Origin: Thermoplasmatales archaeon
GTDB lineage: Archaea > Thermoplasmatota > Thermoplasmata > Thermoplasmatales > Thermoplasmataceae
Length of the DNA stretch: 64,000 bases
Direction of reading: 5' to 3'
Assembly (NCBI GenBank): GCA_027310185.1
Contig: DAIDBH010000019.1
Coordinates: forward strand, 64,001 to 128,000
Notes under the pieces: model-generated
What the model was told of the DNA's origin: nothing
Databases searched by the model: none
What the model saw: the letters and a program-made list of their open reading frames with translations, nothing else
Part shown: one piece after another, positions 40,172-50,331 of the stretch
Layout: the number at the start of each line of letters is the position of its first letter
Position numbering within the stretch: the stretch's first letter is position 1
Position numbers and translations under genes: made by a program

Positions 40172-41020
40172 ATGAAGATTTCAATGATATATGATACAGT
40201 TAGGTGGGAAGAAAAGTCGATCCATAAGGCTGCAGAACAGAAGGGAATAGAACTGAGCATGATAAATGTTAAGGAGATGGATATGGACTTCGATAGGCCT
40301 GTTCCTGATAGTTATGGAAATGTCACTCTGCAACGATGTACTTCATATTATCGCGGACTCCACTCAACAGCCTTTCTGGAATATAAGAAGCAAATGGTTG
40401 TGAATGATCTCAGAACAATAATCAACGCAGGAAACAAGATGTTAACATCCCTTGCTCTCGAAGCAAATGGCGTACCATCACCCTCAACATCAGTCTCAAC
40501 CAGTTACGAAACCGCAATGAAACAGTTTTCTGAAAAATTCAAAGGCAGAGCGGTTCTCAAACCTGTAACGGGTAGTTGGGGGAGGATGATTGCCCTGATG
40601 AATGACCCCGAAGCTGCAATGGCAATTCTTGAGGATAGGGAATACATGTATCCACTGTATTCAATCTTCTATATGCAGGAATATGTTAAAAGACCTCCAA
40701 GGGACATAAGAACTTTCGTCATAGGCAACAGGGTAGTAGGTGGAATGTACAGATATCAACCAGAAGGGGACTGGAGGACGAATGCAGCCATAGGAGGAAG
40801 GGCTGAAAAATGTGAAATTACTCCAGAAATTGAGAGCATTTCAATTAAGGCTGCACAGAGTGTTGGAAGTGGGATACTCGGGATAGACATAATGGAATCT
40901 GATCGTGGTTACCTGGTTCATGAAGTTAATAGCACAACTGAGTTCAAAACTATTGCAAGGGTTACGCAGATCGATATACCAGGTGAAATACTGGACTATC
41001 TCGTTGAGGTGGGAAGATGA
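40172..41020 (+). CDS. lysX: LysW ligase, RimK/ATP-grasp family (LysX/ArgX)
   Basis: RWEEK, KPVTGSWGR, QEYV..RDIR, EVN..EFK. Confidence 0.92.
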   Translation: MKISMIYDTVRWEEKSIHKAAEQKGIELSMINVKEMDMDFDRPVPDSYGNVTLQRCTSYYRGLHSTAFLEYKKQMVVNDLRTIINAGNKMLTSLALEANGVPSPSTSVSTSYETAMKQFSEKFKGRAVLKPVTGSWGRMIALMNDPEAAMAILEDREYMYPLYSIFYMQEYVKRPPRDIRTFVIGNRVVGGMYRYQPEGDWRTNAAIGGRAEKCEITPEIESISIKAAQSVGSGILGIDIMESDRGYLVHEVNSTTEFKTIARVTQIDIPGEILDYLVEVGR

Positions 41021-42096
41021 TTGATGATATTGATAAAACACTCATACAGCTTGTGAAAACATACTCTCCCACTGGAAAGGAGAAACTGGCCGTTTCATTA
41101 TTCAATTCATACCTTGAGAAATCAGGTGCGGTAGAAATTGGAACTGATAGTGCCGGAAACGGTTTCGGGACATTCGATGGAGATGGTATATCTGTTACGC
41201 TATGTGGGCACATCGATACAGTACCTGGCAAACTCCCGGTTTTGGTCAAGAATGGCATACTTTATGGAAGAGGAGCTGTGGATGCCAAGTCATCACTCGT
41301 ATCACTTCTCTATGGTGCAATGATAGCAAAGGAGTCTGGATTCAGGGGAACACTGAAGGTGATAGCTGCGGTAGGTGAAGAGGGATCAGGAAAAGGAATA
41401 GTTGAAATTGTTAGGGCAAATATGCAGAGTAATTATGCAATATTCGGTGAGCCCAGCGATGTTAGTGGAATTACCGTTGGATATAGAGGTAGATTGCTGA
41501 TAGAGGTAGCGTTCCGCACAGAACCTTTTCATGCAAGTGCCCCATGGATAGGAGGAAGTTCCATTGAGGCTGCCATGCTGGCATGGTCAAAAATTAAGGA
41601 ACATTATTCCGGAAGAACAGAGTTTTTCGAAACGTCCGTCGCACTGACAGGAATACACGGAGGAAGATCGGATAATGTTATCCCCTCGAATTCAAGAATC
41701 ACGCTCGATTTTAGGTTCCCTCCTCATAGAGAAAGTAATGATATCCTGAAGGAAGTGTCAGGAATATGCGGAACATTAAATCTCCCCATTCCGGCAACGA
41801 TAAAAATAATAAATGAGGTAAAACCATATGTTTCAAACACCAAAAGCCCTCTTGCCATTGCGTTTCGTTCCGCCATAGATAAAAAAACTGGTAACAGGGC
41901 AAATCTCGTATTCAAAAGTGGAAGTGGTGACATGAATATTCTTGGAAACTCATGGAATATACCGGTAATAACGTACGGACCAGGAAATACAATGTTATCG
42001 CACACAAATAGTGAGTACATAAATCTGGATGACGTGAGGAAAAGTGCAGAAATCGTATCAGAATCCCTGATCATGCTGGAAAAGGTATCAAAGTAA
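41017..42096 (+). CDS. lysK: LysW-lysine/ornithine hydrolase (LysK/ArgE, M20 family)
   Basis: GHIDTVPG, GRGAVDAK, VGEE, GEPS, YGPG..H. Confidence 0.92.
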   Translation: MIDDIDKTLIQLVKTYSPTGKEKLAVSLFNSYLEKSGAVEIGTDSAGNGFGTFDGDGISVTLCGHIDTVPGKLPVLVKNGILYGRGAVDAKSSLVSLLYGAMIAKESGFRGTLKVIAAVGEEGSGKGIVEIVRANMQSNYAIFGEPSDVSGITVGYRGRLLIEVAFRTEPFHASAPWIGGSSIEAAMLAWSKIKEHYSGRTEFFETSVALTGIHGGRSDNVIPSNSRITLDFRFPPHRESNDILKEVSGICGTLNLPIPATIKIINEVKPYVSNTKSPLAIAFRSAIDKKTGNRANLVFKSGSGDMNILGNSWNIPVITYGPGNTMLSHTNSEYINLDDVRKSAEIVSESLIMLEKVSK

Positions 42097-42249
42097 ATAT
42101 TCAATTTATCAATATTAGAAATATAAAAGTTGAATATATCATTGTGGAGATATATCTGAGTGGACAAAAATTGAATGCCCTGCATATACATACAGCCAAT
42201 GAAATGACCAATGAACAAAATTCTAACTCGTCATCTCTAACTTATTTCC

Positions 42250-42846
42250 TTATGTCATTGTCAATATTTCGTATGCCAGCGTGGAGTCCTTTTTGTTAAG
42301 TATTATTATTGTTTCATTTGAGCATGAGATAAGTTGAAGGATATTGACCCCTCTGGCAAAAAGTTTGTTTGTTATTCTCATCACGAAACCAGGAGTCTTC
42401 TCAATCTCCTTTGATGAGAGTATATGAATCATGCTGACGTCCGCCTCTATTGTAACGCTCTGGGACATCTGCGGTATTTTGCTTTTGATTTCATCTACAA
42501 TATATACTATATTATCCTGCAGATAAGTTGCAGATATATATTTCATGGTTTGTGGAATTTTTGACGTCACCACACATATTTTGTCCTGCAATGAGATCTT
42601 ACTCTTCTTCAGGAGATCATCCGCCCTGCTTTTCCCTGTTTCGCCATTTTCTCTGTTCTTAAATCTGTTAAGTGCAGCCCGGACAGATATGGGATTCAGA
42701 TCGGCGTTTTCCCTCAAAATGAGCTGGGCCAGCTTACTGACATTCACAACACCAAATTTCAATGAAAGCATATAATCAGGGTTTTCTGTAAGAAATCCAG
42801 CAACTCTGCTTTCTACAGTAACCTTTTCCTTAACATTCTTTTTCAT
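42250..42846 (-). CDS. N-terminal HTH-like plus C-terminal ACT domain protein (putative amino-acid-responsive regulator)
   Basis: GVVNVSKLA N-terminal domain and ACT-like TPGF...LFARGVNILQLISCSNETIIIL; divergent from argG. Confidence 0.7.
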   Translation of the reverse strand: MKKNVKEKVTVESRVAGFLTENPDYMLSLKFGVVNVSKLAQLILRENADLNPISVRAALNRFKNRENGETGKSRADDLLKKSKISLQDKICVVTSKIPQTMKYISATYLQDNIVYIVDEIKSKIPQMSQSVTIEADVSMIHILSSKEIEKTPGFVMRITNKLFARGVNILQLISCSNETIIILNKKDSTLAYEILTMT

Positions 42847-42961
42847 TAAATCGATATATTGAATGTATATTTTAACATTATTCATTATAGTAAATCAATA
42901 ATTACATTAAAAATGATATAACTTCTAACTAATTTAATAAACTAATGGTAAATTACAGTTT

Positions 42962-44179
42962 ATGAAGGAAAAAGCACTTCTTTTGTATTCTGGTGGGTTG
43001 GACACATCTGTTATGATAAAGTGGTTACAGGAACAGATGAATCTTGATGTTGTAACGCTAACGCTTGATGTTGGTCAGGAAAAAAATGACCTGAAACGAA
43101 TATCAGATAAGGCAAAGAAACTGGGAGCAATAAAGACAATCACGGAAGATGTGAGAGGAAAGTTTTCCGAAGAGTTCGTGGCACAGGGGATACTGAATGA
43201 TGGGCTTTATCAGGATAAATACCCGCTCTCCACTAGTCTTGCCAGGCCATTGATGTCCCTTGAAGCTGTGAAATTTGCAGAACAGAATGATTGTACAACT
43301 GTTGTTCACGGTTCTACAGGAAAAGGGAACGATCAGGTGAGGTTTGAAGTCTCCATCAAGGCGCTGAATGAAAATCTATCAGTTATTGCTCCAGTAAGGG
43401 AAATGAACATGAACAGGGACGAAGAGATAGAGTATGCTAAATTGAGGAACATTGAGATACCATACGGAGGGAAATACTCTGTAGACGAGAATTTGTGGGG
43501 AAGATCTGTTGAAGGCTCAAGCATAGAATTCATTGACGAAGGAGTTCCGGAAGATGCATACAGGTGGGTCTTGCCTGTTGAAAAATCAGGAGAGAAACCA
43601 GAGGTCATATCCATTACATTCAAGGATGGATTGCCAGTTAAACTCAATGGTAAGCAATTGTTGCTTGCCGACCTGATTTCTGAACTGAACTATATAGCAG
43701 GTCAGTGTGGAGTCGGGGCCATTGACATGATAGAGGACAGGGTAGTAGGCATTAAGAGCCATGAGTTTTATGAATGCCCAGCTGCCATCACGATAATAAA
43801 TGGGCATAAATATCTGGAATCGCTGGTTTTGAACAAGAAGGAAAGTCAGTTGAAAAAGAACATGGATCAGCAGTTTGCGGACATGGTATATAGTGGATTA
43901 TGGTTCGATCCTGCAATGGATCATATAAAAGCATTCCAGCGCAGTATAAACGCCATTGTAAACGGCACGGTCAAACTCAAGTTATACAAGGGGAATGTTA
44001 TTCCGGTAGGCGTTGAAAGCTCAAACTCACTTTATGACATGTTTATGTCTACCTATGGGAAAAACCAGACTTTTGACCAGAGCAAGGCACCAGGATTCAT
44101 TTATGTATTTGGGAGCCAGACAATCACGACAAGCAAGGTAAGAAAGAGGCAACTTGATAAAATAATTATTGAAGAGTGA
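42962..44179 (+). CDS. argG: Argininosuccinate synthase
   Basis: YSGGLDTS, HGSTGKGNDQVRFE, YSVDENLWGRS. Confidence 0.97.
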   Translation: MKEKALLLYSGGLDTSVMIKWLQEQMNLDVVTLTLDVGQEKNDLKRISDKAKKLGAIKTITEDVRGKFSEEFVAQGILNDGLYQDKYPLSTSLARPLMSLEAVKFAEQNDCTTVVHGSTGKGNDQVRFEVSIKALNENLSVIAPVREMNMNRDEEIEYAKLRNIEIPYGGKYSVDENLWGRSVEGSSIEFIDEGVPEDAYRWVLPVEKSGEKPEVISITFKDGLPVKLNGKQLLLADLISELNYIAGQCGVGAIDMIEDRVVGIKSHEFYECPAAITIINGHKYLESLVLNKKESQLKKNMDQQFADMVYSGLWFDPAMDHIKAFQRSINAIVNGTVKLKLYKGNVIPVGVESSNSLYDMFMSTYGKNQTFDQSKAPGFIYVFGSQTITTSKVRKRQLDKIIIEE

Positions 44180-44183
44180 ATCG

Positions 44184-45518
44184 ATGGCAAAAATATGGAG
44201 TGGTGGAGCTTCAGAAGATGTGGGAGAAGATATCTCTGACATAATGACAGTAGAAGATGTAAGGATAGATTCCATGCTGCTAGACTATGAAGTAGTTACA
44301 CTTATTGCCTACCAGATACAGTTGAGAAATGAATCCATCATTTCTAAAGAAGATAGCGATTCTATACTTTCCGGTCTCCTGGATTTGATTGGAAAGGAGG
44401 AAACAATAGATCCAATTATTGAAGATGTCCACGGGTTTGTAGAGGAGAAAATAAAGGGAAGTGCTGGTAATGCCTATAAGAACCTCCGAATATTCCTTTC
44501 AAGAAATGAACAAAGCCACATTGACATAAGGTCCTTCTATATAGATCATCTTTTCAAAATTTCGCAATATCTAGTTAACCTATCAGAAACTATGCTGAAT
44601 CGAAAAGCAGACTTCAAGGGAGTAATGCCAGGATATACACACAATCGACAGGCGATGCCGATCATGATTTCAACATATTTCGATTATATTTCCAGGATAT
44701 TCCTTGATATGTCACTTGATTCTCTGGATTTATCGGAAAAGTTCTCACTCATTTCACCACTTGGTTATGGCTCAGGCTTTGGCTCATATTCTCCCGTAGA
44801 TTTTGCCAAGGTGGCCAGGAGTCTTGGATTTAATTCAAACCCTAAAAATCCAATGGCTGGAAGCTTTTACCGGGGAATTGACGATCTGGATATGTCAAAT
44901 TTGATCATGAAAATAATGATTCTCTTATCCAAAATATCGCAGGATTTCATAAATTTCAGTGCTGGAAACTCGTCCTTCATAATTCTGCCGGATGGTTTTT
45001 ACACGGGCAGTTCACTGATGCCAAACAAAAGAAATCCCGATTTTCTGGAAATGGTTCAGGGCTATGCATCAGAAGCAATAGGGCATTGTGTTTCAACCGC
45101 TTCTATATTGGTGAATAAATCCTCTGGTTATCACAGGGAATTCCAGATATCAAAGGACAAAACTATAGAATCTGTATTGTTATGCGAGAATATCCTGAAC
45201 CACTTCCTGGAGTTCATGCTGAAATTCAGGCTCAACGAGCAAAAAGCCATGGAATCCATGGAAAACTCAATAAATGCAACTTCAGAAGCATTTTCAATCT
45301 TTCAATCTGGTAAGACATGGAAGGATTCATACTTGATTGTAGGCGAGAAGATAAGAAAAGATATACCTCTTGATTACCACAAACCAGATGAATATGAATC
45401 CGTAACCAGTAATGAAATTTCCAGTGCAAAAGAAAGATGGAAAAATCTTTTTAATTCATGGCATGAACCAAGGGCAGAAATACTGATCCGCGCTAAAAGT
45501 GAAGTATCTGACAAATGA
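44184..45518 (+). CDS. argH: Argininosuccinate lyase
   Basis: SRNEQ, MPGYTH, GSSLMPNKRNPD; follows argG. Confidence 0.9.
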   Translation: MAKIWSGGASEDVGEDISDIMTVEDVRIDSMLLDYEVVTLIAYQIQLRNESIISKEDSDSILSGLLDLIGKEETIDPIIEDVHGFVEEKIKGSAGNAYKNLRIFLSRNEQSHIDIRSFYIDHLFKISQYLVNLSETMLNRKADFKGVMPGYTHNRQAMPIMISTYFDYISRIFLDMSLDSLDLSEKFSLISPLGYGSGFGSYSPVDFAKVARSLGFNSNPKNPMAGSFYRGIDDLDMSNLIMKIMILLSKISQDFINFSAGNSSFIILPDGFYTGSSLMPNKRNPDFLEMVQGYASEAIGHCVSTASILVNKSSGYHREFQISKDKTIESVLLCENILNHFLEFMLKFRLNEQKAMESMENSINATSEAFSIFQSGKTWKDSYLIVGEKIRKDIPLDYHKPDEYESVTSNEISSAKERWKNLFNSWHEPRAEILIRAKSEVSDK

Positions 45519-45692
45519 CTGGAATAGGGATTGTTTATTTCCTTGTCATACATTGACTGATAATATACAACATACTGGATCATGAACCTCTGAATTCACG
45601 TAGGAAGGTTTCACGGGGAGAAGACAGGAAAAAGATACACTTTTTCTGTAGAAATTTGCGTCCAGAAGACCAACGCATCTCAAAGAATGAGT

Positions 45693-46727
45693 TCATTTTT
45701 TCTGAAATATAAATATATACTCATGTTTGAAGACATAGAATCCACCTTTCAATGCACGGTATCTCCAGAGGTCTTTCTGTTCCCTCTTCCCCTTTGTAAC
45801 ATCGAAATTCTTTACAACGATGGACTTAAGGGTGAATCCTGAATCAATGACCTTATCCATAGAATGAAAGCCGAGTGGAATCCAGGTACCCTTGCTGTAT
45901 TTATCTCCGATGATAAGTGCCAGGTATCTATTCTTTTCAAGGAATCTTGAAAGATTATTCACAACTTTTGTGAGCATGTTCAGGAAGGCAGATTCATCGG
46001 GGGCATTTGATAGATCATCTTGCGAGAACCCAAATCGTATTATATCCCAGTATGGAGGGTGAAGAATGATCAACTGGGCACGGGACACTTCATGGGATGC
46101 CAGTATGCCGGAGATATCATACGTTTGGCTATCTCCAACAGCAATTTCCTGAAAATTATCTCCTGTTTGTCCGGCTTTAGCTATATTCTCCATGGCCATG
46201 TTTGCCACGTCACTGGAAATTTCTATACCTATTCCATTTCTTCCCAGTCTTTTGCATTCAATGAGGGTTGTTCCACTTCCAAGAAATCCATCGATTACTG
46301 TATCCCCTGCCTTCGTATATCTTCTGAGAAGCTGATATGGGATCTGTGGCACGAAATTCCCCCAGTATGATGCATTATGTGGACCACTACTGTCCCTTTT
46401 CTTAAAGATCCATAAACTGTCAGTTATAATATCGCTGTACAGTTTCCATCTACTCAGGTTAATGTCGTTTACCCTGGAGAATTCAGGTTCTAACAGGTTC
46501 CTGATGAATCTATTAATATAATATACAGCACGCTCCCTTGTTCTCGAATCGCGTATCTGTCTTATGTCTGAAATCATGATTTCCCTGATAAACTCAGGAT
46601 TGATTGATTCCCCTGAGTCATCTATAAGACCGAATATTTCTGTTTCTGTTTTTTCTAGAATATTTAGTACTTTATCCATTTCGTTCCTTATCTCTTCTAG
46701 TTTCTCCATGTTTCTGGATAAAGTCAT
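45693..46727 (-). CDS. Orphan amino (N4-C/N6-A) DNA methyltransferase
   Basis: SAM motif DGFLGSGTT followed by catalytic HPPY; C-terminal KHEYIFIFQK. Confidence 0.8.
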   Translation of the reverse strand: MTLSRNMEKLEEIRNEMDKVLNILEKTETEIFGLIDDSGESINPEFIREIMISDIRQIRDSRTRERAVYYINRFIRNLLEPEFSRVNDINLSRWKLYSDIITDSLWIFKKRDSSGPHNASYWGNFVPQIPYQLLRRYTKAGDTVIDGFLGSGTTLIECKRLGRNGIGIEISSDVANMAMENIAKAGQTGDNFQEIAVGDSQTYDISGILASHEVSRAQLIILHPPYWDIIRFGFSQDDLSNAPDESAFLNMLTKVVNNLSRFLEKNRYLALIIGDKYSKGTWIPLGFHSMDKVIDSGFTLKSIVVKNFDVTKGKREQKDLWRYRALKGGFYVFKHEYIFIFQKK

Positions 46728-46888
46728 TACCCGGGTTAAGTTCCCGATCCATTCCTTAAATTCTTCAGTCTCATTATTCAGAATTATGGAATTAAGAGTC
46801 TTATATTATAATTTTCCATTTGAAATAACAAACGCAACATCCTATATTAAAAAAGAAAAAGCTATTGCTATAAACGAAATTCAAAATC

Positions 46889-47176
46889 ATGTCATGGGTT
46901 CCTATTAATGCAGCTGAAAGAACTGTGCTAAATTTCCTTTCAAAGATAGACGAAGATCAAGAACTGACTATTTTAAGCTTCAAGAAGGATCGGGCTGTAA
47001 CATTCACTAAACATGGGAACGAAGTACTGATCAGGGAGGAAGGATTCAAGAAGGAAAGTTTTAGCGTAAATGTGGATGATCTGAAGAAGAACGTTAAGGA
47101 AATCATTTCAAAGGAATTTCCAAGGAGTCACAGGGTTCAAATTTCAATGAAGAAGTCGCATAACAATAAAATATAG
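46889..47176 (+). CDS. Small hypothetical protein
   Basis: 95-aa ORF with natural composition filling an intergenic gap; no recognised motif. Confidence 0.65.
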   Translation: MSWVPINAAERTVLNFLSKIDEDQELTILSFKKDRAVTFTKHGNEVLIREEGFKKESFSVNVDDLKKNVKEIISKEFPRSHRVQISMKKSHNNKI

Positions 47177-47216
47177 CATTGCATAAGATTATCTTTATAA
47201 GTAACAAATAAATTGC

Positions 47217-48272
47217 ATGGTATTGAAGCATGTAAGATACAGGAATGATAGGGCGGTATCAGAACTCATAGGCACACTGTTGCTGATAGCAATAACAGTG
47301 ATTCTGATGACGACGCTAGGTCTCTTCCTCTTTCAAAATGCTCCAAAGGGAAATCCTCAGGTTCCACGAATGGAAATCCTGCTAACTAGGGACGATACGA
47401 GTTATGATAATGAATACCTGATGATCGTGCAGAGTGTCACGAAGAAGATACCGATCAACCAAATAGATCTTGAATTTGTAGTGAGCAACATAAATAGTCC
47501 TGTAATCATACCATTAAACAGTGGCTCAACCTATTACAGTTATCCCGTGATGATGAAGATGAGTTATTCCTTTGAACAGGGAAAAAATTATGGAATATCT
47601 CAATTTAACAGTTCAGTGCAGATACAAATATACGTAACTCCCAACCTGAATCTTTCATATGTCTCTGTGGTCGATATGAGCACAGATTCAATAATTGCAG
47701 GATCGCCAGTGACAGAAACATCAGTATATGGAAGTTCCAATTCATTCGAACCATTCGTGGCAAAAGAGATTATTGGAAATGATCAAACATACAATCAGTT
47801 GAATAAATCAAATCCTACAGGAATTACCTATACAAATGAGACATTATTTTTCCCTCATGATTCGAACAATAGTACATTTGAATTCAATTCCAGTAATTTT
47901 GCACCGGTCATTCCCGAAAATCAGAATTTCTGGAAGTATAATACACCGTTTCCATATGCTCAGTTAAACTGTAGCACCATTAAGAGCTATGGATTCTATG
48001 CCACATCGAGCTTCCATATTTCTCGCACAACTGACATTAAATTAAATCTTACTTTCTCAGAACCAACTTATGTCAGAATTTCCCAGGTTGGTAATTTATC
48101 AAATACAATAATTCCATTGAACAGGACAGAATTCAATTATAACTACACTGGTGGTAGCCAGAAAACATTCCAGAGCATAAATGAGTCACTTAAACTTGTA
48201 AATGGCTATTATATCATCCAAATTTATTATCTGTACAGGTACAGCAATGGGATAATAGCAGTGGAGTTCTGA
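47217..48272 (+). CDS. Large archaeal type IV pilin-like protein
   Basis: Class III signal peptide RNDRA|VSELIGTLLLIAITV. Confidence 0.85.
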   Translation: MVLKHVRYRNDRAVSELIGTLLLIAITVILMTTLGLFLFQNAPKGNPQVPRMEILLTRDDTSYDNEYLMIVQSVTKKIPINQIDLEFVVSNINSPVIIPLNSGSTYYSYPVMMKMSYSFEQGKNYGISQFNSSVQIQIYVTPNLNLSYVSVVDMSTDSIIAGSPVTETSVYGSSNSFEPFVAKEIIGNDQTYNQLNKSNPTGITYTNETLFFPHDSNNSTFEFNSSNFAPVIPENQNFWKYNTPFPYAQLNCSTIKSYGFYATSSFHISRTTDIKLNLTFSEPTYVRISQVGNLSNTIIPLNRTEFNYNYTGGSQKTFQSINESLKLVNGYYIIQIYYLYRYSNGIIAVEF

Positions 48273-48341
48273 AAATGCTGGTTTTTAAACAGGAGGATTG
48301 AAAATAAGAAAATTTTTAACTACTGACAATATAACAGACCC

Positions 48342-49688
48342 GTGACCATCTCTCCCATTGAAGAACGTTATGGAAGGCCCATTGTCAAGTCAATTTTTGA
48401 GCAGAGCTACAGATTAAATTGCATGCTAAGAGTTGAGATTGCTGTTGCCGAGGCCCAGATGAAAAATGATGTAATACCAAGAACTGACATAGAACCGCTT
48501 AGGAAGGTACTTCAGGTTGGGGTAGATGAGACAAGAATGAAGGAGATAGAAAAGGAAACAAAGCATGATATCATGGCATTCATTCGAACGGTGGAAGAGC
48601 AGTCAAATCATTCATTTAAATTCCTGCATTTTGGCATGACCTCAAACGATGCCATTGACACTGCTACTGCATTACAGTTAAAAGAATATTATTCATACCT
48701 AATGGAAGATCTCAAGGACATACAGTTTGCCCTTATGGAAAAAGTCAGGAAGTATAAAAATACAGCGATGCTGGGAAGAACACATGGACAGCATGCAAGT
48801 CCCATTACATTTGGATTGAAGATGGCAACTTATTTATCAGAGTTCAACAGGCACACGGAAAGATTGATTGAAGTCAGGGGAAGAATACTGACTGGAAAGG
48901 CAATGGGACCTGTGGGAACAGGAGCATCAATGGGAAGGAACGCAATGAAGGTCAATAAAGATGCAATGACTTCACTCGGTCTAAATTATGAGATTGCAAC
49001 AGGCCAGCTTGTTGACAGAGACAGATATGTTGAATTCATACAGATATTGGCAAACATTGCAATGACATGTGAGAAAATTGGAACTGAGATTAGAAACCTT
49101 CAGAGGCCAGAGATATTTGAAGTAATGGAGTATTTTGAATCAACTAACCAGGTTGGCTCATCATCCATGCCAAGCAAGAGGAATCCCATTGAGTCAGAGA
49201 ATGTCTGCAGTCTATCAAGAATGATAAGGTCATTTGCAGTACCAGAGATAGAAGGGGCTATCACATGGCATGAGAGGGACTTAACGAACAGTGCCCTGGA
49301 GAGATTTACCATACCCTATGCCTGCATTCTTACAGATTTTGTCCTGAACAAGCTCTCCAAAATTATCAGGAACCTTTTTGTAAATGAGGTAAGGATGAAG
49401 GACAATCTGCTGGCATCACCCCTATGCATCTCAGAGAACCTGACGACACAGTTGACCCTAAAGGGAATAGGAAGGACAGATTCCCATGAGCTCGTAAGGA
49501 AGGTCTCAATGAATTACTACGAGTCAGGAGATAAGTTGCAGGATATTCTTATGAAATCAGAATTCGGAGAATTATTTACTAAAAGTGAACTTGAAAAAAT
49601 GGCAAACCCCCTTGAATTCACCGGGTCTTCCAGTGAATTATGTGAACTTGTAATTGAGGCTACTGAAAAACTGACTGGAGGGATATGA
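48342..49688 (+). CDS. purB: Adenylosuccinate lyase
   Basis: TKHDI, LHFGMTSND, GRTHGQHA, GSSSMPSKRNPI, HERDL. Confidence 0.96.
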   Translation: MTISPIEERYGRPIVKSIFEQSYRLNCMLRVEIAVAEAQMKNDVIPRTDIEPLRKVLQVGVDETRMKEIEKETKHDIMAFIRTVEEQSNHSFKFLHFGMTSNDAIDTATALQLKEYYSYLMEDLKDIQFALMEKVRKYKNTAMLGRTHGQHASPITFGLKMATYLSEFNRHTERLIEVRGRILTGKAMGPVGTGASMGRNAMKVNKDAMTSLGLNYEIATGQLVDRDRYVEFIQILANIAMTCEKIGTEIRNLQRPEIFEVMEYFESTNQVGSSSMPSKRNPIESENVCSLSRMIRSFAVPEIEGAITWHERDLTNSALERFTIPYACILTDFVLNKLSKIIRNLFVNEVRMKDNLLASPLCISENLTTQLTLKGIGRTDSHELVRKVSMNYYESGDKLQDILMKSEFGELFTKSELEKMANPLEFTGSSSELCELVIEATEKLTGGI

Positions 49689-50263
49689 TGAACCAGTCAA
49701 TTCAGGGACAGATAATCCAGATTCTGAAGAAGGATGAGCAATCAATTTCCGGGATAAAAAAGGAGCTTGACCAGGTGGGCTTAAAACTTCACAGGCTTAC
49801 TCTTGCAGGTTATTTGAGTGCAATGGTAGATTCTGAAATACTCAAGGTAAAGGAGATAAAACCTGCGAAGGTTTATTCTTTGAACCAGAAAGGTACGGTA
49901 TCCCTTTATCGTAAAATAGGAAAGGCTATCAAGGATACATATAATGAAAATCATGGGGATATATGCCTCTCCTTTCTTTACTATACCTTTCAGAGACCAA
50001 TTTTCATAAGAGAATTTGAGCTTTGCGATATAGATCTCCCAAAGAATTACAGGAAATCATTCTCCACTAAGAAGCTTAATTATATAAAATCTTTCCAGGA
50101 GGCTGGAATAGAAATACCCGAGAACGAAATGATAATTGAGCCTGAAAGCACGAACAACACACAGCTATTGAGGATAATGAGAATATTATTGCTTTCTCAG
50201 AACAACCTGCTGGTAGAATCTTCCCTTATTGATATGGAGCAAAAAACCCTGGAAGACATATAA
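49685..50263 (+). CDS. Conserved archaeal protein with N-terminal winged HTH
   Basis: SISGI..EL...HRLTLAGYL..M..KVYSL pattern; translationally coupled to purB. Confidence 0.6.
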   Translation: MMNQSIQGQIIQILKKDEQSISGIKKELDQVGLKLHRLTLAGYLSAMVDSEILKVKEIKPAKVYSLNQKGTVSLYRKIGKAIKDTYNENHGDICLSFLYYTFQRPIFIREFELCDIDLPKNYRKSFSTKKLNYIKSFQEAGIEIPENEMIIEPESTNNTQLLRIMRILLLSQNNLLVESSLIDMEQKTLEDI

Positions 50264-50331
50264 TGTTAATTTTTCATTTTTGGTTCTAAATAAAATGTAA
50301 TGTTTTAATATGCATCTAACATTGAGTTTCA

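Noticed and set aside
42859-42885. Bacterial ARG-box-like TGAAT...ATT in the argG promoter
   Set aside because: Only a partial match in very AT-rich DNA, and no ArgR is encoded in the window.
45584-45627. Second IS605-like end (GGGGAGAAGACAG)
   Set aside because: The match is too weak and there is no convincing hairpin.
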